From Raillietiella orientalis (taxonomy: Eukaryota), in assembly GCA_036172245.1 (NCBI GenBank), contig JAYWIR010000037.1, positions 744,001 to 808,000 of the forward strand: a stretch of DNA of 64,000 nt. The letters are read 5' to 3'. The position numbers and the translations under genes were made by a program. The notes under the pieces are model-generated. The model was not told where the DNA came from and did no database searches. It saw only the letters and a program-made list of their open reading frames with translations. Positions 27,971-39,430 of this stretch are shown here, one piece after another (position 1 is the stretch's first letter; each line of letters starts with the position of its first letter).

Positions 27971-29619
27971 CTACAACTTCGGGATACGCGGTTCTCTCTG
28001 TACGAATAATACAGGCGCCTTTTCACGCAGAGTGGGAAACGAGCACTAGGAGCCGAATCCTTGATTTCGAATTTTTCAAATGGATTTTTTTTTCTTTTTC
28101 TTTTATCTTGATAACAGTTTCCGAATCCGACGGTACACGCGAAAGGTTGGCAACTCTATTCGCCAGGGAAGACGACGTTTTGTCCACGATCGCTCGTTTG
28201 TACATCTGCACTGTAGCCAAGCAATAAAACACTATCAGCAGCTCCATGGGAAAATAAAAATTTCCGGAAGGGGGAAAGAAAAACCATCGCATGCATTAAA
28301 TTGTTTCCATGCATTCCAGCAATTTAACGTGCAGTTTAAACTATTAGTGAGAACAGGCGTCCGTGCCCACTTTCATCATCAGTTTAATTATTTCTGAACG
28401 CCTTTTTTTTTTTTTTTTTTTCTCTTTTTCTTTCCTCCCCCCCCCCTTCACCTCCCGCCCCCCGTCCCACCCTTTCCTTTTTCTGTTTTCACAGCGAAAC
28501 TAATCTTTGCGGGAAACTTTATCATGCATTTATGCACAATTACAACACCGTCGTGCTGCACACATACATCAACAGCACTGATCTGAGCAAATGGAAAGAA
28601 CGTGAAAAGGAAGGAACAAATGGCAAATCTGTGCACATTTCCTTGCAGACCATCCCCAGGCACCACGCGTCTTTTACTCGATTCACCGGATCCATGATTC
28701 AGCATCCCGAAAGTTTCGAGGCACTTCGTTACGGTTAAGTTACGATTTTCGAGTTTTTTTTTTTTTTTCCTCTTTTCTTCCGACTATACGAAGCTGAGAA
28801 TCATTCGTTTCCGCTTTTCCTTTTCTTCTTTTTCGCAGGATAAATATTTTAGCTGCGTGGAGAGCCACGGCACACTATTGCGAGCACCAACCTTTCTGCC
28901 GTTCACATGTGCGGCGGACACGAGAAAGTGGCTTCTGAGAAAGTTGGCCATGTCAAAATCTGCCTTCTAATAACTAAATCGTGCGTTGAGTACCGACTAA
29001 CTGTCACCCACGAAGGGATGAAACAGAAATAAATAATAATTGACAGCTGAGAATGCTAAGGGAGGCGGGTGAGATACGGTACTTCACGAGATGCTTCAGG
29101 AATACCTTGGAAACATATCTGCGCAATTTGCGTTTTTAATTCTCATCATAATATTCTATATATTATGAATGGCTCCTTCCTTTCTTCATCCATATCTGGA
29201 TATTGATGGTTTCTTAGCTTATGCTCATGGGTTACCCAATTTCCAACGACTACTGACAATCCATTGCTCTTCGACAGACATCAGCGGTTATGCACAGAAT
29301 ACATATGATGTAAACTGTGTTCTTGTGGGAGTTTGCCCTTCCTCGAACTTCGAACCAATGTCTATTAGAAGTATACATGGCCACCATCGTAAATCAGCAT
29401 GCTTTTCTTTGTATTGACATACCTTAGTAAATGCATTTCAGAATGTATAGCTGTTCTTGATTCATATAGTGCGTTCTGTACTAATTAAAAGTTTTCTCCA
29501 AGAGAGGATGTCCCTTGTGATTCGAGGGATACGGAACTAACCAGGTTTTTCTTTGAGATTTATATGAACATCCCGCAGTTAATTTAATTGCTTTCTATTT
29601 GCCAAGGCTCGAGTACTCT

Positions 29620-31120
29620 AAACTGTACCGCCATATGCGTGAGGAAGAACGCAGCAAAAAACTTCACCTTTACGTTCACACTTGAAGCTCGCTAAAGATG
29701 AAAAGCCAAGGGAGAAAACAAAAAACAAAGGGATTCGGGGGTCAACCTTTGCCGTTTGATTTGCTTTCATTCCCAGATTCAGCGATCATTCTCTCTTCTT
29801 GAATTTTTAAAAAGCGTTGATTGCTTGCATCTTGGAGAAATTTGTAGGTTCAGATTACATTGGCACGTTCGGAAATATTCATCCTTCAGAGCCATCGTGC
29901 TAACTCTCTATTTCCCTTTTCCGTTCGTCTGAACCAACTTATTTGGCTTGCACGATGAGCGACGTCGAGCTCGTTGGCAGCCGGATTCTGCCTCTTCAAG
30001 AGGCAGAATCCTCTTTGTTCTAAGAGAGCACGAGCTTTCTGTTACACAGTCTCGAAAAAATGGAAAGCAGAGCTTTGCAGTAAGAGAATGCCTTGATAGG
30101 CAGCAACGGAAACCACTCAGAGATTTGAAAAAAGTTGATCATCACCGAAACCTCAGATTCTTCTGTCTTCCTTAGACGCCTTTCTCCATATTTTCATGCA
30201 CTTTTGGAGAAAGCATCCATACCTGGCCATCTACTACACTCCCACCTCGGAAATACCATTGACAATTTAAGCTTGAAAGCAGGTTGTGAAAAGATGTGAA
30301 AGATCTCTTAGTTTCATTTATTCATCGAGCGATGCAATGTTTCTCCTTATCCTTTCTTCATTCACGGATCTCATTGGTACAAAAAAATTCATTACTCATT
30401 CCATGTTCTCCTGAATTTTTCACTGAATTGAGATCACTGCATGTCCGAATAAGCGTTTGCTATTTCTTTTTATCTGCTTTCTCAGAACGAGAAACGAATT
30501 TTTATAGAGTTGAAATTCCAAATCGCAACCTTCCGCTCATTGCAATTGAATCCTAGAGTAAACCACATCCCCTCATTTCCAAGATCATCTCCCACCTCCC
30601 AAAAGTAAAAAGAGACACACACCTCTCTGAAACCTCTCTGAGACTCTGACCCTACATAATCGTGCAACTGTTCGTAAAGCCTGAGTGGCTTCACGAATTT
30701 TTTCGTAAAAAGAGACTTCCGGAAACTTTGCATTCCTATTATAAACTTTGGAAGGTTTCCTTCCTTCAGATTTCTACCATGATGCCTTCCGAGGACTTTA
30801 GAGTCTTACTGCAACACCCGATGCAGAGAAGGGTGGTCTTCTCATCATCAGGCACTACCTGCAGCCATTGATGCCACGCTGGAAGGAAATGTTTTCCAGA
30901 GCAAACTCTACATTCCGTAGGCTTTGCCCGAGATCAACCCACCCTCATAACTTTATTTTCACCAAAGAAAGAGGCTGCTCATTTTCACATCTCCCGTTTC
31001 CAGACACCTGCACAATTCTCCTACAACCGCTGAGTTCTTGCACGCCGAGAAGGGGATCCCAGTTGTGCTCCTCAGATAATCTCCAAAGTTTGATTTCAGC
31101 ATCTTATTGGTGTTTCGAAA
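29620..31120 (+). mobile_element. Degenerate L1/Tx1 ORF2 endonuclease and linker remnant
   Basis: APE-like motifs in order: CTAICVRK (~GTAIL), LFGLHDERR (~gL.D.WR), SSRGRILFV (~SRLDRF), VDH (~SDH). Heavily frameshifted. Confidence 0.45.
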
Positions 31121-31599
31121 CCGTTTCCATGCAGTTGTTGTTACTTTCATTTTTCGACTTTTAACCTTTTAATATGACTGTTACTGAAACTTAGATCTGG
31201 TTACTGGGATGAGCAAAGGAAATCGTGATAAACACACACACACATACACACACATCCCCATCCCCCCCCCCCCAAAAAAAAAAAAAAAAAAAACAGAAAA
31301 TCGAAAGCAAAAGAACATCAAGGACACACATACGAGAGAGGTAGCATGCTCACACTGAATTCTTTTGGAACTGATCTTTCTCAGACCGTGTTTGGAGTTT
31401 TTTTTTTTGTTTTTCAAATTACAAATTTTTCAACATCTTCCGTATGCCTAATTAGCGCTCGTCGCCACAGTGCGCGCCCCTGGGTCGAAAAAGTCCTGCT
31501 CGCGTAGCTGGAGCAGCTGCTGTACTGAGGATGGTCTCGGAAATTTCTTGTTCCTGTCACACTCTTGAACGGGAAGCAACCCACAACATAATCTGAGTG

Positions 31600-32150
31600 A
31601 TCAAACCCGTAAGCGTCTGAGGGGGATCTTGGAGTCGAAGGGCGTATGAAACCTCCGGATCCATTTCAGAGCAACCGATACAAAGGAAACAGATCGCCTA
31701 CATGACCTTCGTGCGTGCCGGTCAAGAAGAATACGAGTCTCTGCTTCCTACACTGTGCTCTTGCCGTATTCTGGCTGCTAATGAGGAAGTGAGGCGTTTC
31801 TTGGTCATGGTCAGGATGAAGATCAGATTATTCTCGGTTGGATTTTTTTCGCCCTGATGTGCTCGTTCGATGTGCAAATGTTCCTTTTATTCTTTCCCTC
31901 TTGAGAGGCAAGCACAAGGGGATGCAGAGTTGGGCAATCGTGGTCTGACAATCGCAGCTGCGCAATTCGAGAGAGCATCGGCTGAACTGATGGAGATGAT
32001 ATCTCAGCAATGCCTCCTCACAGAGCAGACTGCCATGGCCTGGGTCGTAGTGTCTTGCTGAAGAACCGAAGCAGCAATGTGAACCCACAGATCCTCCAAA
32101 ACTCATGTGGAGTTTCTGCTCTTCCAAGAGGAGCATCAAACATTTCTTCG
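31600..32150 (+). pseudogene. Putative endogenous viral element: orthomyxovirus PA C-terminal region, copy 1
   Basis: IHFRAT (influenza A PA VSHCRAT), then after a frameshift EEYESLLPTLCSCR (flu MDDFQLIPMISKCR) at similar spacing, then AAAQFER (flu QSLQQIES) and DPPKL..FCSSKR (flu SPQLEGFSAESR). Confidence 0.6.
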
Positions 32151-33016
32151 CTTGGATAATGCATTTCGCAGCTCGCTCTTGAGAGCCTGATTTGCAGAGA
32201 AGGAAAACGTTTGTTCAGACTGGGTCGGTAGATGTACATAAGCAATACGGAAATGTACAAATATAATGAATAAAACAAAGTGTTTCGATGCAGGCTGCTG
32301 ATAATGGGCGAGATCCTGAAATATTACGGGCTTCTGTGATGCACTGCAACTAACTCGGACACGGTCTGTAAAACGCTGATACACCTTTCTGCCCTCAAGA
32401 GGAGGTTCATAGCTAATTTTTCTCTTTCGAACTGGGCTGCTACATTAGCTCACAACCTGGATCATTCTACTGGAAGGGCTTCATTAAAAGGGATCCTTTC
32501 AGTCAAGGAAGAAATCGGGAATGCGTCTATCGAGTACACCGTAGAAGTGAATAACTGAAAATTCTTCATCCACAAAGGGCACAAATCTCTCTTTGACTCC
32601 GTTCCTGTCATTATTAGCACGCCTTCCTCACTAAAATTCCTGTCAATTCCGAGTCTCATCAACGAGTTGTCCGCTCTCCATGCTTTCTATACGTTTTGCT
32701 TCTCATAGTGATGGCAAAGTAAATAACCAACGGAGAATTCATCTTCACCAGTGGAATGAGATCCAATCCAAAAGCTGTGAAGAATTAATTTCCTAGAAAC
32801 GAAGTTTCCAATCCTTCTTTCCTTGGCTTCCAATCTCCATGTGTTCTTGGACAAACCGCAATTCCCGATCAGTCTCCAGATTTCCTACATCGAGAATCTC
32901 TTCCAATGAGTAGAATCCAAATGCAACCGAGAACAATCTGATCTTCATCTTGACCATGACCAAGAAACACCTCACTCCCTCATTAGCTTCCAGAATACGG
33001 CAAGAGCACAGTGTAG
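31748..33016. repeat. 98-bp inverted repeat pair (31748-31845 and 32919-33016), 7 mismatches, ~1.07-kb spacer
   Basis: Manual ungapped alignment of ctacactgtgctcttgccgtattctgg...ctcggttggattt with the reverse complement of 32919-33016. Confidence 0.95.
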
Positions 33017-33080
33017 TCGAATGTCAGAGTCGCAGGTTTCCACAACCTTTGGCTTTCGTGGTCCATTGCACAGAATTTCT
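32200..33080 (-). pseudogene. Putative orthomyxovirus PA-like EVE, copy 2, inverted relative to copy 1
   Basis: TLCSCRILEANEGVRCF...FGFYSL...LETDRELRFV...KDW (flu YGFII...NDTDVVNFV...HKW), then VAAQFER. Shares a 98-bp block with copy 1. Confidence 0.55.
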
Positions 33081-33339
33081 TTCCTCTGACCTCTTTAGCT
33101 TCCAAACGACTAGTTAGTCAAAAAGAAAAATGGGGATGCAGATTTAGGAACAAAAAGGTTTCAAGAACATTGCGAATGAGATGTTACCAAATCTTATAGA
33201 TTCACAGCTCTAGCTGTTTCCTCCATCTCAGGTGAAGAAAATACATTCCGTGTCTCTATCACTTGATGCTGAAGTTGGTGCTGGTATTGCGAACGCAAAT
33301 GGATACGTTCGCAGTACCAGAATGGATGCTTTTCCAAAA

Positions 33340-34040
33340 TCCATTAGATTACAACAAAACTCTGAAATGCAAGCAATCGAGGAGAGTGAACCGCGGAAAA
33401 TAGTCTGCGAACTTGCTTTTCAGAAGGAACGGACTACCACGTATGCTCTATTTTTACGCTCTATTTGGATGGACATTTGAAAAATTTTTTTTGCAAATCG
33501 CAGCTCATTTCATTCTGGAGAAAAAATGAACGCTGTTGGGTGTGGATGTGCGTTGCTGCAGACCCAAAGCCTCCGCATTTGTTGTCAAAGTGAAGTGATG
33601 GGAACGTTTGGACAAAGTCATCGCACTACGGAGTTCCCCACGCATTTGAGATTGCAGAAAAATGGAAATAAATCAAAAATCGATAACTACAGTAATATCT
33701 CCATCTCGATCTTCATTTTGGGAAACAACGAAATATTTCGTATTCCATTTTTCATCGTCACTCCTGACTCAAAAGAACCCGTTTTTCCGAGACACTCGGA
33801 AAACGCGTGCTCATCTAATGGTTTACGGAAAATGGTTCCAGATCTCTGATTTTCAGAGCACGGTAGTTTATCCTAACAGCTTAGTTAGACAGTTAGAAAG
33901 AAACAAAACGCTTTGGTGCACTCTTTAATGGAGACATTCTATCCCCAAGTTATATGCTATCAGGAAAGACAACCAAGAGTTTTTCAGAGGAAGACGAGTG
34001 TTTATCACCAAGAGGAGCCTTTCACACTCGTTTTATCAAG
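33340..34040 (+). mobile_element. Degenerate CR1/L2-type LINE RT remnant
   Basis: TFGQSHRTTEFP..KNGNKSKIDNYSNISI (~FNQSL.TG.FP..K.G.KS..NYRPISI), then LLTQKNPFFRDTRKTRAHL (~QHGFR..RST..NL). Confidence 0.6.
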
Positions 34041-34419
34041 GTTGAAGATACTTTGCGAACCAGATTGCTTTGAAAGTGAGATTATCTCCTGTTCAGAGTG
34101 CCTTGAGGATGCTTCGAGACGGAAGCATCTGACAGAAAACTCAGCACCCGAAGCACACGTCTTGCAGTCTCTTCCACCATCTTCTCGTCTTTTATCTTCA
34201 TCTCATCTCTTTAGTACCAAGGAGTGAGCGAGAAAACCGCCTTGGCACTACGTACGGTGCATGGGAGCGTTCATGCGGTCCTTGTTTTAGCAACCGTCAG
34301 TTACTTCTGGAAAAAAACAGTCCTCGAGTGCCTGACAATAAAAATTTCCTGGGCGTGAGACCCAACGGAGAACAAAACGTCTAATACGCGCACTCACCTG
34401 CACAACTACATACAGAATC

Positions 34420-34925
34420 CAGGAAGGGCTCGGAGTCCGTTCCTCTCATGCTTGGGGAGGGATCCATCCCGACGGGGGGGATCGCACCTCCCACCCTGGT
34501 TGTCTCCGAAGGGGAACCCCGAAGGGAATCTCCTTCCTCATTCTCTCCGGAGGGACACCCACCCACCAATGGGGAGGGGCTGTCCTCTCCATTTCAACTT
34601 TATTTCAACTTCTCCGAAGGGAACCCGGAAAGGATCCGCTTGTAGGAATTTCTTCTCCTGAGGGAACCCGCAAGGGAACCGCTCCTTTATTCACTCCTCT
34701 GAAGAGAACCCCGAAGGGACGCTTCCGAAACTCAGAAGGGGCGCTGCAGCTTCCCGCAGGAAATCGCTCTCCCTTCCCTGTGCACTCTGTGAAGAGGCGA
34801 CGACTCGGAGGGTCACCCGGTGGGGGGAGGGGTCCGCTCTCCGTAGCAGGACAGGAGGGGGAAACTCCCCACTCCTTGATTCCTGGGAGGACCCAAAGGT
34901 CGACTCCCATTGCTCCGGCCTTCAT
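34420..34925 (+). repeat. GC-rich repeat copy B with degenerate internal repeats of ctccgaagggaacccg
   Basis: Homologous to 1591-1920 over 34679-34925. The motif recurs near 34504, 34545, 34612, 34655 and 34696. Confidence 0.8.
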
Positions 34926-34949
34926 CGGGGGCCTCCGGCTTAATCCACC

Positions 34950-35560
34950 TCCGGTGCCACGCCCGAATGTCTCGGCCAACCAGCGCCATTGCAGGAGAAA
35001 CTCGGAACTCGACAACGCAGTGGCGTCAGAGTTTCTGCCGAAGTATTCGAACCCGCGACGCATGGTGCCACACGCGGAAGCCTTAACCACAAGGCCTCCG
35101 ACGCGGACTACATACAGAACACTGGACTTTAGGGAGTGTGGATGCCAATTGTGCAGGGCGCGGGGAACGGGAGACCTTCCCCCACCTCATCATCGAGTGT
35201 GTCGCCCTGCGACCCATGTGGAATCGACTGTCGTCGATCCTGGACATTCTCGGGGCGATCCGAAGGACATTTTCCGTCGTCTCCTGATGCAGGACGTTCT
35301 GTCAGCAGCCGCGTGTGTAGCAGAGAACTACTGCATACGAGGGAACCTGGAAAAATGGTCTGCGTCGAGGAGAGGCCATAACAGCCGAAGCGCCATTCAC
35401 TGGGCGGCTCTCAACATTGGCGGCTAAGAACATTATGACCAGCACTTGCTTGCATCTTGAACAGGATGCAGAGGACCACTCGGGGAAAACGGTGATCCCT
35501 TCCCAGCCCTCCCTTCCCCTGAAAACATTCCCCTTCCCTTTTATTTTTGTTCAACTTTTT
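34950..35560 (+). mobile_element. L1/Tx1 ORF2 C-terminal zinc-knuckle remnant
   Basis: VDANCAGRGERETFPHLIIECVALRPMWNRL matches C..C...ET..HL...C......W of L1/Tx1, followed by a pyrimidine-rich tail. Confidence 0.7.
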
Positions 35561-36379
35561 CCTTTGTGGTTTTCCCTTCCCCATCGCCAACGGAGAGGAC
35601 CTCAGCGGCCTGCGGGCCGGTAGCGACAAGTGTTTCAGGACAGGCAAAACCACGCGTTCCGCCTGAAATTACTTCTAAGACTTTATTGTGAAATTTCCTT
35701 GTGAAAATTTTAATAATAAATGCCCCGGCATATCCGGGTGATAAACTACTTACAGAACTACTCGTGGAGTGGAAAAGAAACAAACCTGTAAGATTTTAAG
35801 ATTTTGGTGGATTCTCCTAATCTGGAAAACGAGGAAAACGAATTTCTGTAGTGAGACCAAGAAAATCAATACCTACTCGAAAAATGAAGAGGTCACGGGT
35901 GATGAAAATAAGATGGACTTAAATAGTTCATTCCCTTCTGTAGGACAATGCTCGAAGCAAAACATGGATGTACTAATCGTGTTAAAATATTTGGAGTTAA
36001 AATATTTTGTGCTTTATAATTTTTCATATTATTTAATTAATTAATATAAATTTCACCTATGTGTGTAGGCAACTAAAAACATGCACTCATAGATCCATTC
36101 TTGCAAAAGCATAAATAATAAACATATTTGCAGAGAGCTAGACAAACATGATAATACACATTCATCTACATATGCATAAATGGTTCCTCAAACGCACGCA
36201 GATTATTTTCATTAAAATACAATTTTGCTCTTTCTAGGCTTTTTTTTTTTTTTTCCTTCCGAATTCACTCATCTGATTGCATTTAATTTCACGCCCATGG
36301 AGCGATGGAGAAGGGTAGGTAGACTGTAATTTAATAAGAATATTGCTTTCTCATTCTTTGCGACAGATGGAGATGCTGA

Positions 36380-37540
36380 ACACCTGTCAACCATGAGTTC
36401 CTCAATGCTTCTGTTCTTTTTCCCACCCAGCTATGTTTTCCCCCTACGTGACCATTTTCCATCAAGTTCCGTCCAAGCATTCGAATTATCCGGGTCACAA
36501 GAACCTCATAACTGATGAATCTGTGGAGAGGGCGAGACATCAGTGCTAGAGAATCGACACTGGAGGTTCAGTGATAAGAAGACACGCCTTCAGCGACACT
36601 AGGTGGCCTCGTCTGGCTAGGTCATCAAAAGGAATCGTTCTCTCCTATCGAAAACGAGAGTTATTCTGTTTCCCTAAATGCCTAAAAGGAGAAGTTGACC
36701 ATGCAACAATAACAGGAAGCAAATCCGTTCTTGCAGCCCAGCACGAGGTGCCACTCTGTCCCCAGAATAAGATTCGACGCTTGTTGTGGCAGCATCTTTG
36801 CTGGACGGATGATCACAGCCAATGATTCACGAGTCCTAGGAGAAGCGCAGGGACAGAACCTGCCACTACAAAGGTGTGGTGTTATGAGAAATCAACTTCT
36901 CAAAAAGAGAACTAAGAGCACGTTTGCAACAACTGATGAAGATAAAGCACAGAACGTGAACTCTCACAATGCACGTAGAAGTGATTTAGAGTGTGGCTAT
37001 TCCAAAAGGATTTTTCTATTCTCAAAGCTCCTCAGGACGAAAGGAAATGTGCTGCATCCTCCGATCCATTTGAGAAAGATGAGACAGCCATGAGAGAAAC
37101 AAATAGAAAGGTTTCCAGAAAAACTGAAAGGTGCTACTCGCACTCGGCATCCTTAGCTCAGTGGCTGTTATTAAAAGAGCATGTTTCCGATTATTCTTTC
37201 TTCTGTCGACATCTTTAGCAACTTGCTCTTATACCACTCTTTTTATCGGAAAGGGGAAAAATTTACCACCATCCCACGCAACCCAACGCATCTGATAGCA
37301 ATCTGACTTGATTTTGAGTCGGAAATAGGGTACGAAAACTTCTTCGTTTAAGTCTGCCGTCGTTTAGTTCGAGCATAGGAGAAGGACCTGTTTATTCGCA
37401 TCTGACAAAGGTCACAAAACATTTTTCTCCAGGACATTCGAATTCCGCAGTGAACCTTCGAAGTGCATGCTTGATAGCCGAGTTGACCCCGAACCGAATC
37501 AGACGAAAGGTAGATCGGACGAAAACAAACGTGCAAGATT
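36380..37540 (-). mobile_element. Degenerate L2/CR1-type LINE RT remnant
   Basis: Ordered pieces: INRSF, IKRVV*EQV (~LEKVV..QL), GSVPALL (~QGSVLGPLL), YSGD (~YADD), IRMLG...HV. Confidence 0.45.
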
Positions 37541-37639
37541 CTTGCTCAAAATGGTTAGCAGCTTGAGAAAAATCTGGAAAGGGGGGAGAGAAAAAAAAAC
37601 TCTGAACACAAATGCTTGAGGCAGTTCATGCTAAATTTC

Positions 37640-38040
37640 AGAATCCAGTAATAAGCGGATCTGCATCGGCCCGCGTACATGGGTGATGAGAACTCTGTAT
37701 CCAAGCATGTTTGGAAGTCCACTTGTATTCGCTTTTCCCAAGAAAGAGGAGAAAAAAAAAAGACATCTGTGAGATTTTCGAACGTATCTCCGTAATTCAG
37801 ACATCATTTGCTCCTCGTCAACCTTATGTAGCACTTGGAGCTCGTTTTTTTGCAAGCACAAAACATTTGAACTTTTGCGCTTCCTCACGCTGCACAGAGA
37901 CTGACATGGGAGCCTGAGCCCTGGCTCACGGAAGTATCGTGCACCTTTCGGTTTCTTTCGCAGCGAGATGGTATCAAGAACAAAATACTGGAGGAATGCG
38001 GTCACAAAGAAACTGCCATTCCTATCAGCTTCCGAGATGT
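37640..38040 (+). pseudogene. Putative orthomyxovirus NP-like EVE, N-proximal piece
   Basis: Weak on its own: FLQAQNI (~flu NP LMQGSTL) and SRTKYWRNAVTKKL. Supported mainly by adjacency to the stronger NP pieces. Confidence 0.3.
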
Positions 38041-38325
38041 TCAAAAGATACTTAACCGCCTCTGGGTAGTGCAGTGGGACTTGGACTGCACCACCAGAAC
38101 TCCGCAGCTCGTAGAGAGATGGCTGGCTGAATGCTTCGTCGGTGATTCCTCTGCTTGCGAAGACCGCGACGCTCCCATTCCACTTGTGCTCCGGAGTGAT
38201 CTTCCGTCCCGTGGTTCCAAGCTTCCAGCCTCCACTGTTTCCTTTCGTCCAAATTTTGTCTCCAGAACCAATAGCCTCCCCTTTGCAAGCGTCCTGAAAA
38301 AGCTCGAAAGAAGGAATCCTTGATC
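38041..38325 (-). pseudogene. Putative orthomyxovirus NP-like EVE, C-terminal piece, inverted
   Basis: RIPSF...DEAFSQPSLYELRSSGGAVQVPLHYPEAVKYLL resembles the flu NP tail (QPTF...[33 protein letters not shown]). It starts with aggattcctt, the sequence at which the plus-strand piece ends (~38820). Confidence 0.45.
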
Positions 38326-38414
38326 CTGTGTTTCATTGGGACACAGAAACAGACACGGGACAAATCCATGGTGGCAAACACACAGTCATACACAGGTAAA
38401 CTGAAGGATTAAAT

Positions 38415-38830
38415 ACAAAGCAGCAGATTTACGAGACTTCTAGCCAAGATGCTCACTACCCAAACAGTGAATGCTCAACGAAACAGTAGCGTGTTTACGT
38501 GCACGGCATGCATGGCTGCTTCACTAATTGGGTTGGCAGCATATGCGTGTTCTCTGAGGAGGATGGGGGCGGGTGCTCATAAGGGAAGATTCCTTATGTG
38601 TGCTGGGCACAGAAGATTTATTTGGGAAGGTTCCTGAGATAAGTAAGGGCCGAAGTGGCTCCACTCACCACTCTCGTAACGGCGACTCTCAACATCCACG
38701 TAGGACCAAACACCAGAACAGATGGAATGAACCTAAGGGCGGACCCAAAGGTCGGGTTTGCTTCAGCTCAAAAGAGAACTGGATCAGTTCTGCCCGGCAC
38801 CGCCGGACGTAGCAGCTGCAGGATTCCTTG
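38415..38830 (+). pseudogene. Putative influenza-like nucleoprotein (NP) EVE, core piece
   Basis: Colinear with influenza A NP: ADLRD/LLAK (EDLTFLAR), SLIG (SLVG), SLRRMGAGAHKGRFLMC ([20 protein letters not shown]), GTEDL (AFEDL), RRLST (RGKLST), AGRSSC (AGQISI). Several frameshifts. Confidence 0.7.
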
Positions 38831-38873
38831 TGATCTCACACTAACACAGCCCCAAGGGGCCTCGCGGCATGTT

Positions 38874-39430
38874 CAGTCTTCCTTGCTTCTTTCGTGGAGA
38901 TGGCATTTTCTCGACACATGGTGAGCCACTTGCACCAGAGTTCGCACTCGCCGGGAAGCACGTCCGTCTAGCAGCATTCGTATTCGCGCGGAGACGTCGC
39001 GCGTGTACAACGATAGTGTGAGATTTCGTAAGAGGGTTCAAGAAAACACACCAAACGGTCCCACAGCTCCAGTCCAGTGGAGCGCTGTATGCCTTTTCAG
39101 GATTTCTGAAAGTGGCATGCCTTTCTGGAGAGTGGCAGCCCTCGAGCCCGAGCAGAGCCGCTTCTTGCTTCACCTTCCGGAGAGATTGGATGGAGACCGT
39201 CGTTGGACCACATGTGCTCACGCTCTTTATCGCTGTACCAGAGTGTCTTTCATGAAGATTAGGGTTCTTCTCCACCACGTCAGAGCCTTTCGGCTGATCC
39301 CGGCCGAGCCTTTGCACATCCGGTGAACAAGGCTGCCGATGTGTTGTGCAAAACTGCTGTCCCCTTTCCGCCTTCCTACTGCAAATCGCTGCCAGTCTTC
39401 CTTGCTTCCTTCGGGGCGATCGCATCTTCA
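38874..39430 (-). mobile_element. Possible SGNH-esterase-type LINE ORF1 remnant bounded by a 37-bp direct repeat
   Basis: LWYSDKEREHMWSNDGLHPISPEG resembles the SGNH block-V motif DGLHP...G. Direct repeat at 38874-38910 and 39393-39429. Confidence 0.35.

Noticed and set aside
34490..34720. Spaced short repeats suggestive of a CRISPR-like array
   Set aside because: The repeats are degenerate with irregular spacing, the context is eukaryotic, and no cas genes are present.
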